Below are positions 1 through 9,800 of a stretch of DNA of 64,000 nt, in pieces. The number at the start of each line of letters is the position of its first letter. The first letter of the stretch is position 1. The position numbers and the translations under genes were made by a program. The notes below the pieces were generated by a model. That model made no database searches. It saw only the letters and a program-made list of their open reading frames with translations, and was not told the DNA's origin. Origin of the DNA: a virus; the IMG/VR virus record IMGVR_UViG_3300047510_002062, positions 3,705 to 67,704 of that record. The stretch is one strand, 5' to 3'.

Positions 1-649
1 CATTGGGATTATATTGAGTATATGAGTCAAGAACCATTGATTTTAATGGACCCACTGCATTAAGACCATCAATTTTTAAACCAATAGTATCTGGAACAAA
101 ATTTGTGCAATTTTGTATGTATGGAGATTGATCAAAATACCCAACAATTTCTGGATTGAATGCAAAAATTGCACCTCCAGGATTTGAAGGTCCAATGAAT
201 GACATTTCGGTTACATAATTACCATTAGATACCCAAAATAAATCCCCGCTATTCGCACATTGAACTGATACTTCTCTTAAATTATCTCCAACAATACTTG
301 TTTGTTCTGGAAGTGCAATTGGATTATCTTCAACATATACTCCTGCACTAACTTTAATAACTGTTCCTTCCTTTGCAGCAGCAACTGCTCCTTTAATAGT
401 TGCCTTTGCATCCCCAAGTTTTTTGCCAGTATTATTATCGTTTCCGTCTTTAGTTACGTATAAAACATTTGTTACAGTTGCACCAGCACCAATCCTAGCA
501 ATGTCTGGACTAAACCCAATTCTTTCTCTACGAACATATAATTCCGCATCATTAGTATTCAGGGCTAACTCGCCTAATTGGAGTTGTCCTAAAGATGGTT
601 TACTTCCTGGTGTTGTAGATCGCTTGATGCGGATTATCGGTCTTGCCAT
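1..649 (-). CDS. Tail fibre/virion structural protein with pectin-lyase-like beta-helix region (partial, runs off the window start; not in ORF track)
   Basis: Manual translation from ATG at 647-649: MARPIIRIKRSTTPGSKPSLGQLQLGELALNTNDAELY...NVLYVTKDGNDNNTG...TIKGAVAAA...GVYVEDNP...QSPYIQNCTNF...SMVLDSYTQYN. Paralogous to parts of 6887..11455. Confidence 0.85.
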   Translation of the reverse strand, partial: MARPIIRIKRSTTPGSKPSLGQLQLGELALNTNDAELYVRRERIGFSPDIARIGAGATVTNVLYVTKDGNDNNTGKKLGDAKATIKGAVAAAKEGTVIKVSAGVYVEDNPIALPEQTSIVGDNLREVSVQCANSGDLFWVSNGNYVTEMSFIGPSNPGGAIFAFNPEIVGYFDQSPYIQNCTNFVPDTIGLKIDGLNAVGPLKSMVLDSYTQYNPN

Positions 650-699
650 TTCAGGTGCAGTTCCCTAATTTCCCGTTAATAGGGAGTTTGTATTATTTA

Positions 700-876
700 T
701 TAGAAATCATCAGAGCCATTATCTACGGGAGAACTTCCCTGTAAAGTTATTTGGAGGTCTTCGACTTGTTTTTTTAATTGAATAATTTGGGTTTCAAGCA
801 TGACATTAGCATTAAAAAGATCAAAAGATCTTTGTTGATACATAGAAATCATTGCCTTATAATCTTCTTCAGACAT
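700..876 (-). CDS. Small hypothetical protein, 58 aa, coiled-coil-like (MSEEDYKAMISMYQQRSFDLFNANVMLETQIIQLKKQVEDL...)
   Basis: Manual ORF (ATG 874-876, TAA 700-702) directly downstream of the TATAAATA late promoter at 900-907. Confidence 0.75.
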   Translation of the reverse strand: MSEEDYKAMISMYQQRSFDLFNANVMLETQIIQLKKQVEDLQITLQGSSPVDNGSDDF

Positions 877-899
877 AATAAAATATATAAACTCTGTCT

Positions 900-907
900 T
901 ATTTATA
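900..907 (-). promoter_or_regulatory. T4-type late promoter TATAAATA
   Basis: Exact consensus (plus strand tatttata) in an intergenic gap upstream of minus-strand ORFs. Confidence 0.75.
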
Positions 908-908
908 A

Positions 909-1721
909 TTAGTAAAAACCACCATCTATGCTTATATTTTCAAGAGTTCTTTCTGAGTCTGCACAAGTAATTACTTCAGATTCTCCCACACAATCACTTA
1001 CCCATAATTGACTAATAACAAGTGGGGCATAAACAACTGAAGATGTGTCAATAATTGGATCGTTAACACCAGAACCAAATTCGTTAGTTATTAATGATAC
1101 ATTTGAAGATATTCCAATTCTTCCAGTACTATTATCCCAAAAAATGCCAGATCTATATCTTGTTCCTGATTTATAATAATTAAAAAGAACACCCAAATCC
1201 CACGTAGTATTTGATGGTGTCGATATACTTGAAAACCCGATGTTAAAAATTCTTGCTTGAGTATTAAAAATTTCTGTATTAAAAGTAGCAGATGTTCCAC
1301 CTACAGAAATATTTCCACTTAAACTTAAGTCACCGACAACGCTAGCTTCTCCAGTAAAAGTTGGATCTACAATTTCATTAGTCCAAAATAAATTTCCATC
1401 TCCATCGGTAGATAGAATATAATCATTAATTGCTGCTGGTGGAAGATAATATCTAAAAGAAGTTGGAACATTGGATGGTGCTCTCAATCCAATAAAATTT
1501 GATCCATAATCAGTATCTTCAAATAAATTTACACCTCCACCAGATCCAGAAGATTCTTTTCTCCAGTATCTATCCGATCCAAAGAACCTATTTCCAAATA
1601 ATGTACCATCATACCCAATATAAAAGTCTCTGGTATCTGTGGTTATTCCGGGTTCTCCTGGTTTTAATCCAGGTAGATCGGCATAAGCACCTCTTTTAAA
1701 TTGAATTTCTGGTGCTGGCAT
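909..1721 (-). CDS. Virion structural/tail-fibre-associated protein
   Basis: N-terminal IQFKRG...LPGLKPGEPGITTDTRDFYIG head typical of phage fibre proteins; C-terminal IDGGFY. Confidence 0.7.
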   Translation of the reverse strand: MPAPEIQFKRGAYADLPGLKPGEPGITTDTRDFYIGYDGTLFGNRFFGSDRYWRKESSGSGGGVNLFEDTDYGSNFIGLRAPSNVPTSFRYYLPPAAINDYILSTDGDGNLFWTNEIVDPTFTGEASVVGDLSLSGNISVGGTSATFNTEIFNTQARIFNIGFSSISTPSNTTWDLGVLFNYYKSGTRYRSGIFWDNSTGRIGISSNVSLITNEFGSGVNDPIIDTSSVVYAPLVISQLWVSDCVGESEVITCADSERTLENISIDGGFY

Positions 1722-1723
1722 GA

Positions 1724-2035
1724 TTAAAATCCTCCCCCATCAACATCGATTCTATCGTCAAGGTCAATATCTAAACGACTAAGAAATTCATCCGCATACC
1801 CCACTAATCCAGGTTGTCTTGTTTCACGTTCTGCGGCAGAACGAAGAACTTCATCTGGATTTCGTGCAGTCCACTTACCATTAGAAGCATTATACATTAA
1901 TACATACTGATCATATGTCTCGTCACCGTCAAAATCTATTAAATCTGTAAATCTTGCTGGCACTCCTAAACCTCCCGTTTGCACGGTAACTTTAAAATCA
2001 GATTGAGATCCTAACTTTATATTATAATCTGTCAT
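1724..2035 (-). CDS. Hypothetical structural protein, 103 aa
   Basis: Tightly packed ORF; YVLMYNASNGKW and terminal VDGGGF motifs typical of fibre accessory proteins. Confidence 0.7.
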   Translation of the reverse strand: MTDYNIKLGSQSDFKVTVQTGGLGVPARFTDLIDFDGDETYDQYVLMYNASNGKWTARNPDEVLRSAAERETRQPGLVGYADEFLSRLDIDLDDRIDVDGGGF

Positions 2036-2373
2036 AGTGACACACTATCTGATACAATTGCTGAACCTTCAACGACTTTAATAGTATATCCTGTATTATC
2101 ATCAACTAAAAAAACATCAAAATAGTTTCTTCCAGATGATAACTGTGCAGTTAGAGTCTTATTCATTTGAATAGTCACAGAAGTATCTCCAACATCTGCA
2201 ACTAAAGTGGCAGTAAAAGATGTTACTTTTACAGATGTTGGATGCTTTCTTATTTTTGCAACTGGTGTATAGTCTTCAAGAGAAACTGGACCATTATCTG
2301 GACCTGAAATGTTAAAGGTTGCTCTAAAGTCAGTTCCTTTTTCTATACTAATATTTACAAAAGCAACTGCCAT
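2032..2373 (-). CDS. Small virion structural protein (Ig-like/BppU-like beta-sandwich)
   Basis: ISIEKGTDF...AKIRKH...GRNYFDVFL...KVVEG pattern; overlaps the next gene by ATGA. Confidence 0.7.
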   Translation of the reverse strand: MAVAFVNISIEKGTDFRATFNISGPDNGPVSLEDYTPVAKIRKHPTSVKVTSFTATLVADVGDTSVTIQMNKTLTAQLSSGRNYFDVFLVDDNTGYTIKVVEGSAIVSDSVSL

Positions 2374-2392
2374 AGTCCTAAGGGTTTAGAAC

Positions 2393-2400
2393 TATTTATG
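2393..2400 (-). promoter_or_regulatory. Late promoter variant CATAAATA
   Basis: NATAAATA about 20 nt upstream of the ATG at 2373. Confidence 0.6.
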
Positions 2401-2405
2401 CTCGA

Positions 2406-3920
2406 TTAAACTGCTCCAGCAACAAATGGAGTGAAGTTGCTTGGGTTAGTTGGAATTCCTACTGCTGCTGGTAAAAATCCTTGATTTAAAAATGGAAGAT
2501 CTGATGAATAATTAACAAGTAAGTTATAATAAATGCCAGTTTGTGGTGTAGGACTCCATGCTGGCCATCCCAATGCCAAATTATCTGCAATAGTTTTTGT
2601 TGGATCAAAATCTCTGAATCTTATAGTAACATTTTCTCCATTTATTATTCTTTGTTGAGTTGCAGATGCAGTTCCAACAGTTCTTGTTCCTCCGTACTCT
2701 CTAATAATAAATTGATTTCTTGCGATGAAAAGAATTCTTACATGCCCACATCCTCCTTTTCCAGATTGTGGTTGCTCGGTATTTCCACCGTCTGCTCCAC
2801 CTCCACCTCCTCCATACTCTCCACCATCTCCACGAAAAGTATTGGAAAACAAAGGATCATCTAAAGATGCAGTATATCCTCTTTTTCCATTTCCAATACT
2901 ATTACTTGTTGGATAAGTGGAGACATTAGTGATTAAGTATTGAGCTTTAGAAACTACTTCAGATCCAGTTGCTCTTCCATCTGCACCGAAAGAACCTCCT
3001 TGTCCTCCAGCACTATAATAAGTTAAATCATAATCAACATCTGCGCCATCAAATCCATATCCCCCAGGAAGTCCATTTGGACCTATTCCCCAATATACTC
3101 CTGTTCCTCCTCCACCACCTCCAGCATTTCCTCCACCACCATTTCCAAACATTCCCCCGCCGCCGCCACCAGCAGATCCTTTAGTTGAACGTCTCAATGG
3201 AGTACCCAATGCGTTACTACTTTCTTGAGCACCAAGGCCCCCATCACCGTTATATCCACCGGCTCCACCGCCACCACCATCTTGTCCACCTCCGACTCCT
3301 CCACCAGCACCGCCATGACCACCATTTCCTCCACCAACTGTTCCCCAAGGATAGAGACCATATGCTGTTCCTTTTCCTCCAGAAGTACCTACTCCTGCGG
3401 TCTCTCTAGCAGGCGTTTGTCCAAGATTTGGTTCGGTAAGAAGAGCTCCGTTATCTGGTCTTATTCTTACAGTATCGGAGACATATCCATCCCAGCCACC
3501 ACCTTCTGCTATCACAATTACAGTTCCACCAATTCCAGACCTAGCAGGAACATTGGCATTATTATTTGAAGCAATATAACTATGTTGTCCTGGTCTTCCC
3601 CACAATGCCTGTCCACCAGAAGGTACGACTGCTCCAGGTTGAGCAGTACCTCCAAGACCGGCTTTAATCCTTAAAGTTTCTCCTGGTACTACGACTAATC
3701 CATTTACCCATCGAAGTGCTCCACCACCACCGCCAGCTCTTTCAGTCTGGTTTCCACCAACACCACCAGATCCACCCCCACCTATACAAATTGCGGAGAT
3801 ACTTGTAATTCCAGCAGGAACTACCCATTCATATTCAGTAGAACTACAAGCAAAACTTACTTCACCAATAATTGGGAATTTCGTTGTATCAAGTAAATAA
3901 CCAATACCACCTTGATCCAT
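2406..3920 (-). CDS. Glycine-rich tail fibre-associated protein
   Basis: WVVPAGITSISAICIGGGGSGG...GGGGGG...GKGGCGHVRI, the glycine-rich domain pattern of phage fibre proteins. Confidence 0.75.
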   Translation of the reverse strand: MDQGGIGYLLDTTKFPIIGEVSFACSSTEYEWVVPAGITSISAICIGGGGSGGVGGNQTERAGGGGGALRWVNGLVVVPGETLRIKAGLGGTAQPGAVVPSGGQALWGRPGQHSYIASNNNANVPARSGIGGTVIVIAEGGGWDGYVSDTVRIRPDNGALLTEPNLGQTPARETAGVGTSGGKGTAYGLYPWGTVGGGNGGHGGAGGGVGGGQDGGGGGAGGYNGDGGLGAQESSNALGTPLRRSTKGSAGGGGGGMFGNGGGGNAGGGGGGTGVYWGIGPNGLPGGYGFDGADVDYDLTYYSAGGQGGSFGADGRATGSEVVSKAQYLITNVSTYPTSNSIGNGKRGYTASLDDPLFSNTFRGDGGEYGGGGGGADGGNTEQPQSGKGGCGHVRILFIARNQFIIREYGGTRTVGTASATQQRIINGENVTIRFRDFDPTKTIADNLALGWPAWSPTPQTGIYYNLLVNYSSDLPFLNQGFLPAAVGIPTNPSNFTPFVAGAV

Positions 3921-3923
3921 ACA

Positions 3924-6500
3924 TCAACCTCCTTGGAATTTGGAATAGTATATAATTGCTTTTAATCCCTTTGTTCCTGTTGAAACTCCAACAATATCAA
4001 ATCTTATTTTATCATTTCTATTAATTATAAGTTCCGGATTACTTCCACTATTATCTGCTAAAGTATAATTAAAACTCTTATTATCTTCACTACTATATCC
4101 ACCAACAGGAATATTTGCTACAGCATTATTTGCATAAAGACTTGTCCATCCAGCAGCAACTGCAGGGTTTGCAAATCTTGCATTATATAAGACATTTACT
4201 GAGGTAATACCAACAATTCCTGGTTGAGAAACTGAAATTGATGGTGCTTCTGTGATCTTAAATGCAAATGGTGCTCTAAATGTTACAACACTTGTCCCTA
4301 CACCTACATTAGTAAACTCATCTCCCAATGCAACAATTAAAGATGTTTCGGAATTTCCACCTTGAACACCTTGAAGTCCTTGGACTCCTTGATTTCCTTG
4401 TAATCCTTGAAGACCTTGTACACCCTGTCTACCTTGAGCACCAACAAGAGAAAATACTACAAAGAAAGTATCCTCATCAGTAAATGCTGTTGAACCTCCT
4501 GCTATTTGTGATACATTATAAAGTCTAAATCCTACTTGGTTTCCACTAGTTACTAAAGTATTGATAAAATAAGATTTAAAGACAGAAGTATCTCCAACTT
4601 TAGAGAACGTAATGATTGCTTTTTGTGGGTTACTAACTGCTTCTACGGCATTTAAAATTCCCTCAATAGAATTATTTTGAATGTCATTTTCATCTATTGA
4701 AAGTACTGTAGCACTTGCTAAAGCAGCATTGTTAACTTTAAAATATCCAACTCCACCATTGTCAGTACCTGTTGGATTATTGGTAACAGTTGGAGGAGAA
4801 GCTGTACTAATATTAGTAGTATTATCAAATTTATATGTACCACCCAATTGTTTAGCAGCAGAAACTCCTTGAGTTCCTTGCAATCCTTGAACACCTTGAA
4901 CACCTTGAGTACCTTGAGCCCCCTGTGCTCCTTGGAGACCTTGTATGCTAATGTCGCCAACATTAACCCAAGTAGTACCATCTGCCTGAAGTACCCAAAG
5001 ATCATTATTTGTACTGTCAATGACACCATTTCCTGGTTGAGCTCCTTCAAGTAATCCACCAGGACCCGTTAGGGTATTTAAATATGAAGAACCACCTTGA
5101 CCACCTACATTTGCGATAGATTCAATAATAATAATTGATGTTCCAATAAGACCCTGAGTTCCTTGAACACCTTGATTTCCTTGTTGTCCTTGAACACCTT
5201 GAGTTCCCTGAGAACTTTGAACACCTTGATGTCCTTGGAGACCTTGGGTTCCTTGTCTTCCTTGACCACCTTGAACTCCTTGCTGTCCCTGAACACCTTG
5301 TACTCCTTGAGCACCTTGAATACCTTGAACACCTTGGGCAGATCCAGCAAATCCTTGAAGACCTTGATTTCCTTGGAAATTACTTAAAACACCTTGTACT
5401 CCTTGCGTTCCTTGAAGTCCCTGAACACCCTGAGAAGTTCCAGAAAAACCTTGAAGTCCTTGTCTTCCTTGATTACCTTGATTGCCTTGTACCCCTTGCG
5501 CTCCTTGAATACCTTGATATCCTTGAACACCTTGTACTCCCTGTGATCCTTGGAAATTACTTAATACTCCTTGAATTCCTTGAAGGCCTTGAACACCTTG
5601 AGATGATCCTGGGAATCCTTGAACACCTTGAACTCCTTGAAGACCTTGAAGACCTTGAATACCTTGGAATCCTTGCCCACCTTGAATACCTTGATTTCCC
5701 TGCATTCCTTGGAAATTACTTAGTGCTCCTTGAAGACCTTGAAGACCTTGAAGACCTTGAGCACCTTGGTTTACAGCAATTCCATCAATACCTTGAGTAC
5801 CTTGATTTGCTATTCCTTGAACTCCTTGGAGTCCTTGGACTCCTTGTCTACCTTGAGTTCCTTGGAAGTTACTAAGTGGACCTTGAAGACCCTGGAATCC
5901 TTGATTACTAGTTCCCTGATTACCTTGAAGTCCCTGAACACCTTGAACTCCCTGTTTTCCTTGAGTTCCTTGTTGTGCTTGAATTCCTTGAGTTCCTTGT
6001 TGACCTTGAACTCCTTGAACACCTTGGGTTCCCTGCCCACTAGAAGTACCTTGAGTTCCCTGAAAATTACTTAAAGCACCTTGAAGTCCTTGAAGTCCCT
6101 GAAGACCTTGAACTCCCTGATTTCCTTGAAGACCTTGAGTTCCTTGAGTTCCTTGGAAATTGCTAAGAGCTCCTTGAGTTCCTTGGCGTCCTTGCATTCC
6201 TTGAACGCCTTGCAACCCCTGCATTCCTTGAGATCCTTGAAGACCTTGAATGCCATCAGTATCCAAATCAAATGGATCAATCCAATATCTTTTAGGATCT
6301 CCTGGCCTAGTTGCTAAAACAAATGTAGTATTTGGAAGACCTAAACCTGGAGGATTGTTTCCAGTAGACGCAATACCAACTAAAGGATCGCCAAGATGCG
6401 GTTCAGTTTGGTCTAAACCAATCCAATCGTATCTATCACTGGTAATACCAGTGGCATCTCTTCTTCCGGCCCTTCCCGAATTGTATCTATTACGTGCCAT
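3924..6500 (-). CDS. Collagen-like (Gly-X-Gln) fibre protein, 858 aa
   Basis: Long G-X-Q triplet runs interrupted by LSNFQG, with globular domains between and after them. Confidence 0.85.
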   Translation of the reverse strand: MARNRYNSGRAGRRDATGITSDRYDWIGLDQTEPHLGDPLVGIASTGNNPPGLGLPNTTFVLATRPGDPKRYWIDPFDLDTDGIQGLQGSQGMQGLQGVQGMQGRQGTQGALSNFQGTQGTQGLQGNQGVQGLQGLQGLQGALSNFQGTQGTSSGQGTQGVQGVQGQQGTQGIQAQQGTQGKQGVQGVQGLQGNQGTSNQGFQGLQGPLSNFQGTQGRQGVQGLQGVQGIANQGTQGIDGIAVNQGAQGLQGLQGLQGALSNFQGMQGNQGIQGGQGFQGIQGLQGLQGVQGVQGFPGSSQGVQGLQGIQGVLSNFQGSQGVQGVQGYQGIQGAQGVQGNQGNQGRQGLQGFSGTSQGVQGLQGTQGVQGVLSNFQGNQGLQGFAGSAQGVQGIQGAQGVQGVQGQQGVQGGQGRQGTQGLQGHQGVQSSQGTQGVQGQQGNQGVQGTQGLIGTSIIIIESIANVGGQGGSSYLNTLTGPGGLLEGAQPGNGVIDSTNNDLWVLQADGTTWVNVGDISIQGLQGAQGAQGTQGVQGVQGLQGTQGVSAAKQLGGTYKFDNTTNISTASPPTVTNNPTGTDNGGVGYFKVNNAALASATVLSIDENDIQNNSIEGILNAVEAVSNPQKAIITFSKVGDTSVFKSYFINTLVTSGNQVGFRLYNVSQIAGGSTAFTDEDTFFVVFSLVGAQGRQGVQGLQGLQGNQGVQGLQGVQGGNSETSLIVALGDEFTNVGVGTSVVTFRAPFAFKITEAPSISVSQPGIVGITSVNVLYNARFANPAVAAGWTSLYANNAVANIPVGGYSSEDNKSFNYTLADNSGSNPELIINRNDKIRFDIVGVSTGTKGLKAIIYYSKFQGG
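5150..6250. repeat. 9-nt-period coding tandem repeat (ccttgaacac/ccttgaagac/ccttgagtt) encoding Gly-X-Gln
   Basis: Directly visible. Shorter runs occur at about 4360-4440 and 4866-4945. Confidence 0.9.
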
Positions 6501-6512
6501 TTAATTTAAAAA

Positions 6513-6881
6513 TTACTGTTTAGCAGTTTCTAATACGCTTAAAATTCCTTCCAATTTCCAATTTTCGGATGCGGAAATGTAAAGAATATCATTTGTTTCC
6601 ATTGCAAGTCTTCCGTCACCAACAATATTATATCCATCATTTTGTGGAATTGGAACACCATTTGCAAGTTTAAAACTTACAACTCCTGTTATTGGATCAG
6701 GATCTCTTGCATGTATTGCAGTCACAGTAGCAACTCCAATACTGTTTCCTGTAGAAACATTAGTAATTTGCCAGTTAATAATAATACTAGCAACACCAAT
6801 AGGACAAGTATAAATGCCAACATTACTAGTTGTAATTCTTGTTCTAATTGTTCTAAATTTATTAAGTGCAATTGCTGCCAT
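6513..6881 (-). CDS. Conserved cyanophage structural-region hypothetical protein, 122 aa
   Basis: MAAIALNKFRT...IYTCPIGVASII...LSVLETAKQ; in operon context. Confidence 0.75.
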   Translation of the reverse strand: MAAIALNKFRTIRTRITTSNVGIYTCPIGVASIIINWQITNVSTGNSIGVATVTAIHARDPDPITGVVSFKLANGVPIPQNDGYNIVGDGRLAMETNDILYISASENWKLEGILSVLETAKQ

Positions 6882-6886
6882 TTTTT

Positions 6887-9800
6887 TTACCTACCTAATG
6901 CGATAATAAGTGGTGTTACTGTTTGTAATAAACTTTGACTAAATGCTCTACCAGTAATAGTTCCAGTCACCTGATTAATTGTTAAATCATCACCAATTTT
7001 AAAGTTACCTGCTTGGTCAGTGCTTGTATAAACTACAATACCACCATCTTCTTGGACAACCTCATTTTCTTGAATTACAACTCCACCCAATGCGGGCTTT
7101 GCCTTATTTATGTCATTTCCAGACCCAACCCATTCAAATGAGTGAGATGATGTGATTTGAAGACTTACTCTAGAAATATAAACGGGAGTATCTCTTTCTA
7201 ATTCAATATTCAAATTTTCAGAAAGAACCACTGTTGAAATTCCAGTTATTCCATTATTCCATGGTAAAGATGCACTTTCAAGATAATAATAAATTGGTGC
7301 CATAATAGCTTGTGCAGTTGCTTGAGTTCCTCCAGGTGGTGGAGGATCAATAGTTACAACAGGAACACCTCTATATTGACTACCATCACTAATTACGTCT
7401 ATAGATGTAATTTTTCCAGTTACTGGATCAACATTTACGCTTCCTTCAGCACGAATTCCCCTAGAATCTTCTGGTGGTTCATCTACAATAACATTTGGTG
7501 GAACTAATGCACTATATCCACTTCCACCATTTGTCACTTCCAATCTATCAACTCTCTTAAACAATTCTCCAAAGTAAATTGCTATTCCATCATAAGGTCT
7601 GTATGTACCAACACCAGCGATAACAACCGTGTCTTGTTCGACTTCAGCATTTTCTGCTACAAATCCAGTCAAATGATAAATTGATTTCGTTTTTTCATCA
7701 CCAACACCTTTAGAAACAAGACCCAATCTTCCAAAAGATGAGTTTGAGTTTGTCAGGTCGCATTGCCCACCTTCACCAGTATAAATTGCAATATCATCAC
7801 AAATAGTAAAAATTGACACCAACTGAGAATATGCACCATTGGTAATAGAAACTCCTATACCTCCTTGATTGTATTGTGTATAAGAGTCAACACTCATTGT
7901 TCCTGTCACACCAATATCATCTTTAAATCCAGGTTCTGCATCAAATCCATCAACTCTCATTCCTGTGCTCTTACCAACAAAATTGGTACAGTTTCTAATA
8001 TATGGACCTTGAGTAATTGGTCCAACACCTGGAGAATATGGAGGAATAATATATCCACTTGGCCCGATATAAGTGTGTCCAATTGTAGAAACACCAACTT
8101 GTAAAGTAAATGTATCACTCTTTGGAGATTTGGTAATAACTCCTCCATCATTATAAGTTACATTTCTTACTGTTCCTCCAGAAACATATGTGTGTGGGAA
8201 AGGTCCAACGCCTGTGTTTATTGTGAAAGTATTTCCACTAACTTCATATACCTTAAATACAAATCCAAATTTACCTGTTGGATAAATTGGAGTTGTTTGT
8301 GCTCCACTACTACACTCAAATTCAAAATCTCTAATTTCAACAAGATCATCAACTGCAACAGTAAAGTTTGGATCCGCTACTGTTATGGTTGTAACTCCAG
8401 TAGTGTGTGTATATTGACAATTTGTTGCATTATATAATCTATCAGTAATTACATCAATAACAGTAAAATCTTCTCCGTAATATTTCCCATTAAATTCAGT
8501 CTGAACTGCTTGATTTGGAAATACTGCTTGACCCCCTGTTGAACAAGAATAGAGCAAGTCTCTAATTGTAACAATATCTCCTCTAGCAATACTTGCACCT
8601 GGGGCAGTGATAGTTACAATTCCTGTAGATGCAGTATAAGGTGCGTCTAAAACATTAAATGTCCTATCAATTACATATCCACCTCTTTCATAAGTATGTG
8701 GTAACGAAGATACTCCAACGTTTAATGTATAATCATCTCCATTAACACCATCTACATAAAATCTGTATCCATAAGTTCCGGATGGAAATACTTGTTCAAT
8801 AGTAGGACCTCCAGAATTGCAAGAGAAGATTAAATCTTTTATTTCTATTCGGTCACCCTTTCTTGCATTGAGTCCAGGAACTGTAATAATTGCTCTTCCA
8901 AGAATATTATCATATGTGGCACCAGTTACATTTTTAACATTACTGAATGGTATTCCTTGTCCTCTATTTCCAGGGAATGAAGTTGTAATTCCATTTGATA
9001 TTCCATCATTGAGAATCGTTGTTACAACTCCAACTAAACTCCTTAAACTTGAAATAACGTTTTTACAACCAGCAATAGATTCATTTAATCCCTGTGGATA
9101 AAATGAATCGCATCCCAAAGAGGGGTCTTTTTGAATAGCAATATCTTTAACTTGTGAATTTGTGTGGTTAAATATTGCCTTTCTTTCTATCATTCCAGAA
9201 GCATAATTAGAAGGAGGTCCATTTGGATCCGTAAAATTAATAACATCTCCAGAATGGTAATGTGCAATAGTAGAAGGACCTACTAATACTTCAAAAGTAT
9301 TTGGATTGGCACTGAAAAATGCATCATCTTGTGGGAGTTGGAATACACAAAATGTGTTTCCATAATAAACTCCACTTACTCCATTAGTTTGATTAACTTC
9401 ATCTGGGAATATTGCAGTACTAAATCCACCACCACTATCGCATCCAAATACTAAATCTTTAAAATAAATAGGATCTCCTGGTCTTATATCTGCAGTTTCT
9501 ACACTGACCGGTGCTTCTGTATTCATGTCTCCAATAAATACAGTTACAATTCCACAATGATTATCGTATGTTGCATCAAGAACTTTATATCTAGATTGTG
9601 TTACTCCAATCCCTGCTGCTCTAGCATCAAGGTCCCCATAACAATTGTTATTAACAACTGATCTAGCAATTTCCCAAGAGTGATCTAAAGTTGCTATTGT
9701 TTGTTCAACTTCTCCTGGATTTTTTAATATTTCTGGAATAAGATCAAAAGCAGTTGCTTCAACTCCAAGTCCTGTAATATTAAAGTATGCCTTTCCTGCT

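Noticed and set aside
423-668. 81-aa plus-strand ORF
   Set aside because: It is an antisense shadow of the real minus-strand fibre gene at 1-649.
5105-6317. Many short overlapping ORFs on both strands (LNTLNTL and KVFKVF repeats)
   Set aside because: These are shadow frames of the 9-nt collagen repeat.
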